In this document: in pieces, positions 1 to 10,700 of the stretch | Position numbering within the stretch: the stretch's first letter is position 1 | How the letters are laid out: each line of letters opens with the position of its first letter | Assembly: GCA_000092065.1 (NCBI GenBank) | Contig: CP000596.1 | Strand: one strand, 5' to 3' | DNA from: Ostreococcus lucimarinus | Lineage: Eukaryota | Length of the DNA: 64,000 bases | Translations under genes and position numbers: made by a program | Notes under the pieces: model-generated | What the model saw: the letters and a program-made list of their open reading frames with translations, nothing else | The model's database searches: none | What the model was told of the DNA's origin: nothing

Positions 1-1421
1 CGAAAGACGTCGCGGACGACGCCCGCGCGTCGTGGTGGCGCGAGGAACTGCGCGCGGTGGCGCACATTTGTCCACCAATCATGACGCAGTTCGGGTCGCA
101 GCAGTTGTTGATGGCCACGCAGCTCGTGTACTGCGGAAACGAATCGCGCGAGGCGCTCACGACGATGACGATAGCGGCGACGATGTGGAACATGCTCTGG
201 ATGGCGATCACGGGCGCCGGAGGGACGATGGACACGCTGGGAAGCCAGGCGCACGGCGCGGGGGACGCGCGCGCCGTCAAGTCGTGGGCGCTGCTCACGA
301 CGTGCGCCATCACCGCGTTTTGCGTGCCCGCGAACGCGATTTTAGCGGCGGGGAAAGAGATCGCGATCGGGGTGTTCAAGGCTGATAAATCTAGGGCTGG
401 AGAGATTCGCGACTGCGCGCTCATCATGTGCGGGAGTTTTTATCCACTCGCGGCGACTCTGGGTTTACAGAAATACTTGAGCGTTCGGCGGAAAGTCGGA
501 GCCGTGGGGCTGACTTCGGTGGCGACGCTGTTCGTAAACATCGCGTTTCATCACGCCCTCGTCAAGCAGCACAAAATGGGAGTCATCGGTAGCTCGATCG
601 CCATGGTCGCGGCTCGGGCGATGAACCTCGCGATGTTGCTCGCGTACGTCTGCGTGGACGAGCGATGGTGGGCGACGGGTGCGCTTGACGAATGGCGCTC
701 GGCGAAGGCGGCGATAACCAGGGACATGGTCGCACGCGTCGCGCACTTGTCGACTCAAGGCGTCATCATGGTGTTCGGCGAGGCTTTCTCGTTTGAAGTC
801 ACCGTCGTTTTGGCTGCGCAACTGGGCGAAGTATCCCTCGGCGCGCACATGGTGATGCTCAATATTTGTACGATGACCTTCATGATGGGACCGATGTCGT
901 TCGGCACCGCGGCATCGATTAGAGTTGGAAATTTATTAGGTATGCGAGACCCGCGCGGAGCGAAGCGTTCGGCGTGGTTAATAACGTCGATGTCTCTCAC
1001 GTTTATGGCGGGGTGCGCGTTTATGATACTCTTCGCGATTAAACCTATCGCGAGGCTGTACACTGGAAACGACCCCGAGATCACGGCTACCCTCATCAAG
1101 ATCGCCCCTTACGCCGCCGCTTTCCAGATATTCGACGCCTCGCTCGGATGCTGTAACGGCATCCTTCGCGCGTGCGGGAAACAGGCGTTCATCGCGAAGA
1201 GCAATCTCGCCTCTCTGTGGTTGTGCGGTTTGACCTCGGGCGCTTTAATCACCTTCGTCGGCGACGAAGGGGTGAAGGGTTTATGGGTGGGACTCATGAT
1301 CGGCGTCGGGATGGCGGGTTCGTTTCTCGCATCGGTGGTGTACCGTTTAGACTGGCAACACGAATCATTTTTAGCCACCCGCGCGGCGACCAACGTCTTT
1401 CGCGGCGGCGCGGCGCTGTAG
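1..1421 (+). CDS. MATE-family efflux transporter (5' end truncated at window edge)
   Basis: ORF 57..1421 encodes a ~12-TM protein. The in-frame sequence upstream to nt 3 (..WWREELRAVAHICPPIMTQFG..) continues the MATE N-terminal pattern with no stop, so the gene starts before the window. Confidence 0.65.
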   Translation, partial: KDVADDARASWWREELRAVAHICPPIMTQFGSQQLLMATQLVYCGNESREALTTMTIAATMWNMLWMAITGAGGTMDTLGSQAHGAGDARAVKSWALLTTCAITAFCVPANAILAAGKEIAIGVFKADKSRAGEIRDCALIMCGSFYPLAATLGLQKYLSVRRKVGAVGLTSVATLFVNIAFHHALVKQHKMGVIGSSIAMVAARAMNLAMLLAYVCVDERWWATGALDEWRSAKAAITRDMVARVAHLSTQGVIMVFGEAFSFEVTVVLAAQLGEVSLGAHMVMLNICTMTFMMGPMSFGTAASIRVGNLLGMRDPRGAKRSAWLITSMSLTFMAGCAFMILFAIKPIARLYTGNDPEITATLIKIAPYAAAFQIFDASLGCCNGILRACGKQAFIAKSNLASLWLCGLTSGALITFVGDEGVKGLWVGLMIGVGMAGSFLASVVYRLDWQHESFLATRAATNVFRGGAAL

Positions 1422-1497
1422 ACGAATTAGCACAACAACAACGGCTGGGAACTAGTGGCTCGCAAGTTTTTCATGTATTTCACATCCTTCATTCATC

Positions 1498-1872
1498 TCA
1501 CCCGGCGAACGGAGGCAGCCCGTTACTCCAAAGAAACGCCGCGAACAACCCGGCCAACACGACGGCGCTCCTCGTCACCAAATTAATCGTCGGCGTCCAG
1601 ATGTCGCGCTCCTCCAGATCCACCGCCACGGGTTCGGTGACGAATCCTTTGTAATACTCCGCGTCTCGCCCGTCGACGGCGCCCCGCTCGCCGTCGTTCG
1701 CGTCGTTCGCGCCGTTCGCGCCGTCGCTATCCACGCTCTCCGCGCGCGCGAGGACCTCGACTCTGTCGACGCGCGCGCGCGCGCGCCGCGTCGTCGTCGC
1801 GCGCGGCGCGGTGTTTCTCGTCGTCGTCGCGCGCGCGGCGCCGAGCGCGCGCGTCGACGTCGCCGTCGACAT
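1498..1872 (-). CDS. hypothetical small protein with C-terminal hydrophobic anchor
   Basis: 124-aa ORF with an ATG start (cat at 1870-1872). It has an N-terminal S/T/R-rich region and a C-terminal TM-like stretch (AVVLAGLFAAFLW). It sits 59 bp head-to-head with the MoaE gene. No recognisable family. Confidence 0.3.
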   Translation of the reverse strand: MSTATSTRALGAARATTTRNTAPRATTTRRARARVDRVEVLARAESVDSDGANGANDANDGERGAVDGRDAEYYKGFVTEPVAVDLEERDIWTPTINLVTRSAVVLAGLFAAFLWSNGLPPFAG

Positions 1873-1930
1873 CGCCGCGACGTCCGTCGCGTCACTGCGT
1901 GACGTCCCGAGCGACCGCCTGGGACTTTAA

Positions 1931-2461
1931 ATGTCGAAAGACGACGTCCCCGAAGCGCGCGTGCGCGTCGCCATCGCGCCGAACGCCATCGATGAGCGCG
2001 CACACATAGAATACGTCCGCGACGCGCGCGCGGGGGCGATCTCCGTGTTCGTGGGGACGACGCGAGACACGTTTCGAGGCGAAAAAGTGCAAAAGTTGAG
2101 CTACGAGTGCTACGAACCGATGGCGCTGCGAGAACTGCGCGCGATCGCGGACGAACTGGTGGTGAAATACGCGGGAGACGGTGACGAGGGAAACGCCTTG
2201 GACGGACGCGGCGGGCACGGGATCAGGGCGATCGATATCGCGCACAGGGTCGGGGACGTCGGCGCGGGCGAGACGTCCGTCGTCGTCGCCGTGGCGAGCG
2301 CGCACAGGAAAGACGCGCAGGACGCGTGCGCGGAGGCGATGGAGGCGCTCAAGGCGCGCGTACCGATTTGGAAAAAGGAAATATTTGAGGGCGCGAGCGC
2401 GGAAGGGGTCTGGAAAGCGAACGGATTGGGCGCGTTCGCGGCGTCCGAGGCGGCGTCGTAG
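1931..2461 (+). CDS. molybdopterin synthase catalytic subunit MoaE (MOCS2B-like)
   Basis: 176 aa with MoaE family hallmarks: ..VFVGTTRD.., ..GETSVVVAVASAHRKDAQDACAEAMEALKARVPIWKKE.. Confidence 0.8.
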   Translation: MSKDDVPEARVRVAIAPNAIDERAHIEYVRDARAGAISVFVGTTRDTFRGEKVQKLSYECYEPMALRELRAIADELVVKYAGDGDEGNALDGRGGHGIRAIDIAHRVGDVGAGETSVVVAVASAHRKDAQDACAEAMEALKARVPIWKKEIFEGASAEGVWKANGLGAFAASEAAS

Positions 2462-2521
2462 CCGAGAGCCGGCGTCCCGAGAGCCGGGACGTCATCGCGC
2501 GACGCGCGCGGCCGCGACGAG

Positions 2522-3727
2522 ATGGCGACGACGTGCGTCGGTGCGTTGCGCGTCGCGGCGCGCGCGAGCGGTCGTGGGCGCGGACGCGGCGCGGGCCGTG
2601 GGCGCTCGAGCGCCGGCGGCCGCCGCGACGGCGCGGCGAGCCGTCGAGGTCGTCGGTCCCCCGACGTCGCGCGCGCGCCGTCGACGACGCCCGCGCCGAC
2701 AATCGACGAAGGCGTCGTCGCGCGTAATCTCGATGCCGTCGGCGCGCTCGTGAGGACGCTCGTGAAGCACACCGAGGGCGCGGACGGCGCGGGCGGCGGC
2801 TCGAGCGGCGGTTACGAGGGCGACGGGTTTCGCCTCGTGCGGTGCATGCCGCACCTGAAACGTCGCGAAGCCGACGCCGCGGTGAGCGCGGGGCGTGTAC
2901 TCGTGAACGGTGAGCTCGTGCGTCCGTCGCAGCGCGTCAAGGCGGGAGACGTGGTGACTCTGGACGGCAAGGTGATGCTCTGGGAGGCGTACGCGAGACG
3001 CGTCGAAGAGGAAATCGCGAACGACGCGACGTCGTCGTTCGTGTATTTGTTGTATAATAAACCTCGTGGCGTCGTGTGCACGATGGAACCGCATCAACGA
3101 ACGTCGTTGCATTTCGCGCTCGAACGCGAGCGCGCTCGCATGAAAAAGATACGAATATTTCCAGTCGGTAGGCTCGACAAGGATTCGAGCGGGTTGGTGC
3201 TGTTGACGAACGACGGACGCGTGAGCGATGCTTTGCTCGATCCGAGCAGGAAGGCGGAGAAAGAGTACGACGTAGATGTCGATCGTGACGTGAGCGCGGC
3301 CGACGTCGAGCGTCTGGCCGCGGGGGTCGTCATCACGACGCTTCAACAGCGAACGATGACGGAGACGACGGCGCCGACGCAGCCGTGCGAGGTGAGAAAG
3401 ATCGGACCTAGGACGCTGCGTTTCGTTTTGAAGGAAGGAAGAAATCGACAGATTCGAAAGATGTGCGAAGCTTTGTCGTACGACGTTACGCGATTGCATC
3501 GAACGCGCATCGCCGAGCTCGAGCTCGGCGACTTGGAAATCGGCGGCTTGCGTCCGCTCGACGTCGACGAGCTGCGCGTCGTGTCTGATCGCGTTCGCGA
3601 GAGAGCGAAGGCATCGACGCAATCGACGCAGAAGCAATCTTCCGAGAGTCGCCGTCGCAAGGCGGCGATCGACGCCAACCCGAGCGGATGGGGGTCAAAG
3701 ATTTACAAAGATTCGCACACGACGTGA
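2522..3727 (+). CDS. RsuA/RluB-family rRNA pseudouridine synthase with S4 domain and N-terminal RG-rich extension
   Basis: S4-like region (VNGELVRPSQRVKAGDVVTLDG) followed by an RsuA catalytic core (NKPRGVVCT..FPVGRLDKDSSGLVLLTNDG). The RGRGRG-rich N-terminus is possibly an organelle-targeting or RGG region. Confidence 0.75.
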   Translation: MATTCVGALRVAARASGRGRGRGAGRGRSSAGGRRDGAASRRGRRSPDVARAPSTTPAPTIDEGVVARNLDAVGALVRTLVKHTEGADGAGGGSSGGYEGDGFRLVRCMPHLKRREADAAVSAGRVLVNGELVRPSQRVKAGDVVTLDGKVMLWEAYARRVEEEIANDATSSFVYLLYNKPRGVVCTMEPHQRTSLHFALERERARMKKIRIFPVGRLDKDSSGLVLLTNDGRVSDALLDPSRKAEKEYDVDVDRDVSAADVERLAAGVVITTLQQRTMTETTAPTQPCEVRKIGPRTLRFVLKEGRNRQIRKMCEALSYDVTRLHRTRIAELELGDLEIGGLRPLDVDELRVVSDRVRERAKASTQSTQKQSSESRRRKAAIDANPSGWGSKIYKDSHTT

Positions 3728-3766
3728 TTTTCTACAAATTACGTACTAGAACAGCTAGCTATGATG

Positions 3767-5307
3767 TCATATCGCGAAAAACTTACCTCGCCCACCTCGC
3801 CCATCGGCGCCGTGCTTGATGAACGTGCCGTTTGAGTTAGACGGCGCTCGCGGCGAAGACTTCAAAAATGACCCGGCGCGTCTCGTCTTGTTCGTCGCCG
3901 CCGACCCGCTCGCCGCCATCTTTTGTCGCTTGCGCTCCACGCGCGCGTCGACGTCGTTTAAAATATTCGCCAAAACGTCGTCTTCGACGCCATCGTCGTC
4001 GTCGTCGCTCACCAAGTTGATTTCGTCGCGGTTTGACGTACGCTTCGGCGGCGGCGGCGCCAACTTTTTCATCAATTCGTCGTCGCCTCGACGCAACGAC
4101 TTCTTCACGACGCGCTTCTTGTCCGCGACGCGTTGCGTTGGCGGATACGCGAACTCGCTCGGATCATCCACTCCCCACGCGTGCCTGCTATTGGCGCGAC
4201 CGCCGAGCTGGAAATCGCCCGTCGACGTCGGCGGCGCGGGCGCCGCCGGCTTTGGTTTCGCCGCCGTTTGCGTCTTCGCGACGTCGCGAAACGCGTCCAA
4301 TTTCGCCTCCAGCGCCTTGACGTCTTTTTCCTTTTCGCGAACTTTGCGCGCGAGCGCGTCGTATTGCTCTTGCTGCGACGCGATTTGTTTATTCTTCGCG
4401 CACAAGTTTCGCACGAGCGTCGTCATCGCCAAGCGCGGATCGCTCCCCTCCAGCCTCTTCAACATCTCCCTCTCTCCGAGCGACGACGCGCTCGCCGCGA
4501 CTTCTCTCTCGATGCGCTCCTTGTCTTCGAACTTTGACAAACTCCGCGTCAACTCGTCGTTCTTCTCTCGCAACGTCTTCATCTCCCTGGCGTCCCGGCG
4601 AACCTTTGACGCGAGCGTGTCTTGCGCCAACCGAATCGCGCTCAACTCATTCTTCGCCTTTTCCAACGCCCGTCGCGCGTCATCGCTCTCCGTCGCGCGT
4701 CGCCCGATCGCATCCTTTTCCCGCTTTAACGTCTCTATCGCGTCCAGCGCCTCCCGCATCCGCTCTCGCTCTCGCCTCAGCTCTCGCGCGCACTCGGCGT
4801 ACCGCTCGTCCGCGCCTCGCGCGCCGTCCTCCCCCCCCCTCGACCGCCGCCTGCCCGGCGTCGGTTGACTCCGCCCCCCGTGCGCGTCGTCAACGCCGTC
4901 ATCCATCGTTTTATGATCCAGGTATATCGTCACGCAATCGTCGTACGCGAATTCGCGTTTACACGTCGGACACGTCGCCTCGCCGCAATCGTCGCGTCGT
5001 CCTCGTCCTCCCCTTTCCTCCCTCGCCCGTCGCCGCGTCTCCACGTCGTGCCACTTCGAGATGCATCGCACGTGATACACGTGTCCGCATCCTCGCAGCG
5101 CCTGTCGCGCGACGCCCGTCGCCCGCGTCGCTCGTCGTCAGTCGTTCGTTCGCGTCGCATCCGTCAAACGTTCGTTTCAAATCGCGCCTTCGTCTGTTCG
5201 TCATCGGCGTCGTTCGTCGCGTCGCGTCGCGTCGTTCGGTTCGTCGCGCGCGCACGCACCACACACTTCCCCGCGCACGTCTCCAGGCACACCGCGCACC
5301 GCGACAT
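3767..5307 (-). CDS. RING-H2 finger / coiled-coil protein, two exons (approx. 5260..5307 and 3767..5101)
   Basis: Exon 1 encodes MSRCAVCLETCAGKCV (C-x2-C). A GTGCGTGCG donor and gcgcgacag acceptor define a ~155-nt intron. Exon 2 continues ALRGCGHVYHVRCISKWH..CPTC (C-x-H-x2-H-x2-C..C-x2-C) and then a long E/R/K-rich coiled coil. The ORF-track 'M' at 5080 is a GTG codon. Confidence 0.5.
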
Positions 5308-5585
5308 CGCGCCGCGCCGCGACCTGCCGTCCCGGTCGCCCGGGCATCCATCCATCCATCCATCCGTCCGCGCCCGTCGCGAAGAAACGTGCACGTGGAT
5401 TCGACGCGTCGCGCGCGCCGGCGTCGCGCGATCCACCGCACCGCGCTTTAACTCCCGCGTCGTCGATATTTTTTTTTTCTAGCGCGACGTCGACGGCGGC
5501 GACGCGACGATCGCCGCCGACGCGTCGCGCGCGCGGACGCGCGTCGACGCGACCGCGATCGATCGCGTGCGGCGTAAAAATCGCG

Positions 5586-6182
5586 ATGACGTCGCGGTCG
5601 CGCGCGCGCGAACGACGACGCGCGCGCGCTCGAGCGCGGCGAGTCGCGGTTATTTTTCGCGCGCGTCGTCGTCGCGCGTCCGCGCGCGCGTCGTCGTTCG
5701 CGCGCGCGTCGTTCGCGACGCGCGCGAATCGAATCGTCGCGCGGCACATCGCGCCGATGCCGATGATGACGTGTCCGACGACGACGACGCGTCCGACGAC
5801 GACGCGGGCGAGCGCGCGACGCGCGACGCGGGCGAACGCGCGACGCGCGACGACGACGACGACGACGCGCGCCGTCGCGCGCGACGACGACGACGCGCGC
5901 GAGGAACGGTCGACGCGACGCGCGATCGTGATGATGACGGCGACGATGCTGGCGACGGCGGCGACGACGCGCGACGACGCGCTGGCGTACGGCACGGGCG
6001 GGTGGAAGGATTGCGAACCGATATGCGATTCGCTGAAGAACGGACGCGCGGAGCAGTTGGCGATGCAGGAGGAGATGATGCGGTCGATGGGGCGGGACGC
6101 GAGCGCGAGCGCGAGCGAGGGCGAGAGCAAGCGAGAGCGCGAGCGGCGGGCGGAGCGCGAACGCGCGAGGGGAGGGAAGTGA
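5586..6182 (+). CDS. low-complexity hypothetical ORF (uncertain)
   Basis: 198-aa ORF in an extremely GC-rich, repetitive segment. The N-terminus is R/A/T-rich and the C-terminus is more complex (..GGWKDCEPICDSLKNGRAEQLAMQEEMMRS..). A TGTAA lies ~50 bp downstream at ~6233. Overlapping ORFs in other frames are equally plausible. Confidence 0.15.
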   Translation: MTSRSRARERRRARARARRVAVIFRARRRRASARASSFARASFATRANRIVARHIAPMPMMTCPTTTTRPTTTRASARRATRANARRATTTTTTRAVARDDDDAREERSTRRAIVMMTATMLATAATTRDDALAYGTGGWKDCEPICDSLKNGRAEQLAMQEEMMRSMGRDASASASEGESKRERERRAERERARGGK

Positions 6183-6286
6183 GCGCGAGCGCGGGTGAGA
6201 GAGGTGGATTCGACGCTTCGATTCGATCGATTTTGTAACGACATGGACGCTTTGGTTTCGCGCGCGCGCGATTCGTCATTCGTCGT

Positions 6287-7624
6287 CTACGCGAGCACCG
6301 CGACGACGGGGGCGGTGGCCGGGGCGGTGGATGGTTTCAGACGCACGACGCGATCGCGAAGGACGCGCGCGCGGACGCCGACGCCGTCGGTGCCCGCGCG
6401 GGCGATTTCGGTTTCGGCGAGGACGCGCAACGCGCGGGTGACGCATCGCGACAGCACGATGGCAACCTCTTTGCCGCCTTCGATGGCGTACTCGCCCTCG
6501 AACTCGACCTCGTTCACGAGGGCTTCGAGCACGCGGTCGTCCCACTCCAATCGCGCGAGCTCGCGGCGCGCTTTTTTCGTCTCACCGCGTCGCTCGAGCT
6601 GCGCGTGCACGATGGCTTTCACCGCCGCGCGATCGAGCGGGACGAAGGGCACGAATATATCGATCGCGCCGACCACCTTGAGCGTGTCCTCGCGATCTTC
6701 GCAACCATCGCTCGTCCACTTTTCGAACAACCCATCCTTCAGCTTGCGCTGCAACGCCGTGAGCTCGTCGCCCGTGGGCGCGCCGCCGCCCGCCGCCGAA
6801 GCGTCGTGCACGTCCATGAATCCCATATTCGCCTCCAACACGAATATCGATCGCCCAAACGTCACGTTTCGATCGAACGGGTTCGCCCCCGTCCCCGCGC
6901 TGCCGTGTTCGAGCATCTGCTTCAACATTCCGCGCGCCGGACACCCTAACTTATCGTACTCCTCGACGACGACGACGGATTCGGGATACTTTTCCAAGTG
7001 TCGCGTCACCGCGTCTCGCAACATCCTCGCCTGCGTCTCGCGTTCGCGCACCACGTAGTCCGTACCGAATATCACCTTATACCCCGGGCATCCCGCCCCC
7101 GGGCACGCCTCGTTTCGTCGTCCTCGTCGTCCCGAGTCGAAATCGCTCTCTCGCGTCGCGTTGTACGCCGCGCGCGCCAATATCCTATGAAACAACGACT
7201 TCCCCACCCCCGGACTCCCGTGCAGCGACATCACCAGCGGTTTCTCTCGATCACGCGACGATTTCTCCGCGTGATCGCACACCGCGTCGACGACGAGCGC
7301 CGCGCCGACGTCTTGCCCCAGCAACTCTCGCGTCGTCAGCGCTCGCGTCCGCGCGCACAGCGCCTCTTCGCAAAACCATCCATCGCGTCCGCACCCCCTC
7401 GCGCGTCGATCGAGCGCGTCCCGCGCGTCGCGCGCGTATCGCACCGCGGCGTCCGCGCCTCGGCGCGCGACGTCGAGCGCGCGTCGCCACGTCTCGACGG
7501 TTTTCTCGCGCTCGCGCGCGAACGCCAACTGAAATCCACAAAGAATCGCCAGCGCGACGCACGCGCGCGCGATGACGCGCCGATCGCGCGCGCCGGTCGC
7601 GCGCGCGCGCTGACCGCGCGCCAT
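6287..7624 (-). CDS. torsin-like AAA+ ATPase (ER-lumenal type; signal/TM then P-loop)
   Basis: Start MARGQRARATG..VIARACVALAILCGFQLAFA (signal anchor), then LVMSLHGSPGVGKS (P-loop). Downstream blocks match torsin-family conservation (SIFVLEANMG..IDIFVPFVPL..), including conserved Cys residues. Confidence 0.6.
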   Translation of the reverse strand: MARGQRARATGARDRRVIARACVALAILCGFQLAFAREREKTVETWRRALDVARRGADAAVRYARDARDALDRRARGCGRDGWFCEEALCARTRALTTRELLGQDVGAALVVDAVCDHAEKSSRDREKPLVMSLHGSPGVGKSLFHRILARAAYNATRESDFDSGRRGRRNEACPGAGCPGYKVIFGTDYVVRERETQARMLRDAVTRHLEKYPESVVVVEEYDKLGCPARGMLKQMLEHGSAGTGANPFDRNVTFGRSIFVLEANMGFMDVHDASAAGGGAPTGDELTALQRKLKDGLFEKWTSDGCEDREDTLKVVGAIDIFVPFVPLDRAAVKAIVHAQLERRGETKKARRELARLEWDDRVLEALVNEVEFEGEYAIEGGKEVAIVLSRCVTRALRVLAETEIARAGTDGVGVRARVLRDRVVRLKPSTAPATAPVVAVLA

Positions 7625-7718
7625 GTCGCGACGCGTCGCGGACGCGCGGCCGGCGCGCGGCGTCGAGCGCGACGAAATGCCGCCGCCGCCATTTCGCGAC
7701 GCATCGTCGACGCGCGCG

Positions 7719-10700
7719 ATGGCGCTCTTCGCGCCGTATCGCGCGCTCGGCCTCGTGAACGCGCAGCGAGGATGCGCGCTCGTCGTCAAGCGGCGCGGGA
7801 CGGAGACGTTCGTCACGGTGAGCGCGGAGGACGCGTTCGCGGTGTACGACGCGCGAAAACTCACATTGGTCTTTCGAAGCGCGCGGTTCGCGACGAGCGA
7901 CGCGCGAGGGATCGGGGCGATGGCGGTGAGGAAGGATTACACGTTTTGCGCGATCGGACGGGAGATAAGGTGCGCGAAACGATTGGCGGAGTGCTGCGAA
8001 GGACTGGGGCGGGACGACGGCTCGGGACACGACGCGCGGGTGACGACGCTGCACGCGTTCGGACGACACTTGGCGAGCGTGGACGAAAATGGGGCGGTGA
8101 AGATGTGGGACATCGATGATGACGCCATGCGGGCGCGCGAGCGGGCGTGGGCGGTGGGACGAGGAGAACCGACGGGGCCGGAGGGCGAGAGCGACTCGGA
8201 GCTCGAGCTCGGCGCGCGAGCGATGGAGATGCCTCGGACGTTCGCGGCGACGACGGTGTGTCATCCCGATGGATACGTGGATAAGTTACTGTTTGGCTCG
8301 AGCGATGGGCGATTGGCGCTGATGAACGTGCGAGCGGGTAAATTGGTGCACGAATTTGCGGGCTGGGGGTCGGCGGTGACGGCGCTGGAGAACTCGCCGG
8401 CGACGGATGTCGTCGCCGTCGGTTTGGCGGATGGGCGCGTGCTTTTGGTGAACGTATTAGAAGATAAAGTTTTGTTTACGCTCACGCCCGAGCGTGGGGT
8501 AAAGGTGACGGCGCTGGCGTTTAGAACGGATGATCAGGACGACGTGCTGTGCGTCGGCGACGAAACGGGACGCGTGACGGTTTGGGATTTGGAAAAGCGC
8601 TCGTTGCGCACGCTCATCGTGCAATGTCACGAAGGTCCGGTGGTTTCGTTGAAATTTCTCGATGGACAACCGGTGATGGTGTCGAGTGGGTTCGATAACA
8701 CGTTGAAGGAGTGGATTTTTGATAGAGAAGACGGCGACGCTCGACTCTTGCGCTTTCGCGCCGGACACTCCAAGCCGCCGACGAGCGTGTCGTTCTACGG
8801 TGAAGGCAAGAAACTTTTAGCGGCTGGGAGCGATCGAACGTTGCGATTTTTTCACGCGTTTCGTGATCAGCAAAACATCGAGTTGAGCCAAAAGAATGTC
8901 AGCAAGCGCGCGAAGAAAATCGGCGTCGCGGAGGAAGAGTTGAAACTTTCTCCGGTTACGAAGATGGCGTGGGGCGAGCTTCGCGAGCGCGATTGGGCAA
9001 ACGTCGTCACCGCGCACGAAGGTTCAAACAAGGCGTACACGTGGCGTATTTCCAAAGGTGCGCTCGGTGAACACATTTTGCAATGTCCGAAGGACGACGG
9101 CAAGTGCGAAGTCAAGTCGGTTGCGATTAGCGCGTGCGGCAACTTTGCCTTTCTCGGTGCCGCAAACGGGGCGATCCATCGATTCAACTTGCAATCGGGC
9201 GCGCATCGTGGCGCGTTCGAGCGCGTCCTCGACGCTGATGAGGTGATGCGCACAAAGAAGAAGAAGAACGGAAACGAAGGGTACAATTTCCCCGGCGGCA
9301 AGCGTTCGTTTTGGGCTCTCGCGAATCAAACCGGTGGAAACGCAGAGGGAAAATTGCGCGTTGCCGCGCACGACGGTGAAGTGACGTGCATACAAGCACA
9401 CTGCGCGAATAGAAGCGTCGTCACCGCGGGTGTCGACGGGATGATTCGCGTGTGGAAATTTAGCGAGTTGAAGATTGACTTGGAAATCGACGTCGGGTGC
9501 GGCGTGCGGTGCGGTCACTTGCACGAGGACTCATTGCTCGTCGTTGGATGCGCTGATAAGCACGTGCGCGTATACGATACCATGACGGGTAAACGTGTTC
9601 GCACGTTCAAGCCACGCGGTCAGGAAAATGAGGCTGGAGATATCACGAGCGTGCAAATCAGTGAAAACGGTAAATGGATCTTCGTCCTCGACACCACCGG
9701 AACGATACGAGTGTACGATATTCCCGCCGCGAGATTGATTCAACACATGATTCTCGGTGCGGATAAAGTCACCGCCATGAGCTTTTCACCGCGAATGGAC
9801 TTTTTAGCCACCGTGCACGAGAACAGGGTCGGGTTGTATTTGTGGGTGAACATGCCGATGTTTGATTACGACACCAAATTGGCGTACGGGCGCAAAGTTT
9901 CCATCGCACTTCCGAGAAAACACGCGGAATCCGACGCAGACGGCGGCGTGCGCGATGCGTCTGAGGAGACGAACAAGGAGTCCAACGATACCGACGTGTA
10001 CATTCACCCGTTCGAAGAAGACGAAGAAGAAGAGCATCGCAATTTGCAAGAGTTGGAAGAATATTTCAAAGAAATGGCCACCGGCCCGAAACAAATAGCC
10101 CCTGGCATGATTACTCTGGCGATGATGCCTCAGACGCAAATCGAAATGCTACTGAATCTGGAGACGGTGCAAGCGAAGAGTAAGGTGAAGACCGATGACA
10201 AAGAACCGGAATTGGCGCCGTTCTTTCTGCCCACAGCCGCCGCGAGCGACGACGTGCGTCGATCTGTCTTCGATCCCGCGCGAGAATCCGAGCTCAACGC
10301 CAAAGACGACACCGGCGATGATGATTCCAAAGCACCGAAGAGTCGAATTTTGCGTCAAGGCGCGGATCTCGCCGGCGCGTCCGCGACGCCGCTCTTGACG
10401 TTGATTCTTCGAGGAGAACGATCGGAGGACTACACCGAAGCGCTCGAATTCTTGAAGAATGCGTCGATACACGTCGTCGACGCCGAGCTGCGATCGCTCG
10501 GACCTTGGGATCACAAGTTCATGTCCGAGGACGACGTGAAAACTTTGCGGAGCGCCATCAAATTTTTCACCGCCGCAATCGCGAGCGGCATGTACTACGA
10601 GATGGTCAACGCCCAACTCAACGTGTTTCTCAACGTGCACACCACCGCGATCATGCAATCCAGCGCGCTCGTCGACGAGTGTCACGCCCTGCGAGAGGCC

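Noticed and set aside
2492-3637. Several long antisense or overlapping ORFs. Examples: 2492..3637 (-), 7251..8264 (-), 15036..16335 (-), 27668..28639 (-), 35101..36255 (-), 40552..41355 (+), 51306..52265 (+), 56273..57178 (-)
   Set aside because: All overlap recognisable genes on the opposite strand or in another frame. All are dominated by Arg/Ala/Pro/Ser runs typical of spurious frames in high-GC sequence
5080-5080. ORF-track N-terminal 'M' residues at 5080, 14972, 25467, 41277, 45650 and 49458
   Set aside because: The underlying codons are GTG or TTG (alternative starts allowed by the ORF caller), not ATG. In each case the conserved protein continues upstream via an intron or an open frame, so these are not real initiation sites
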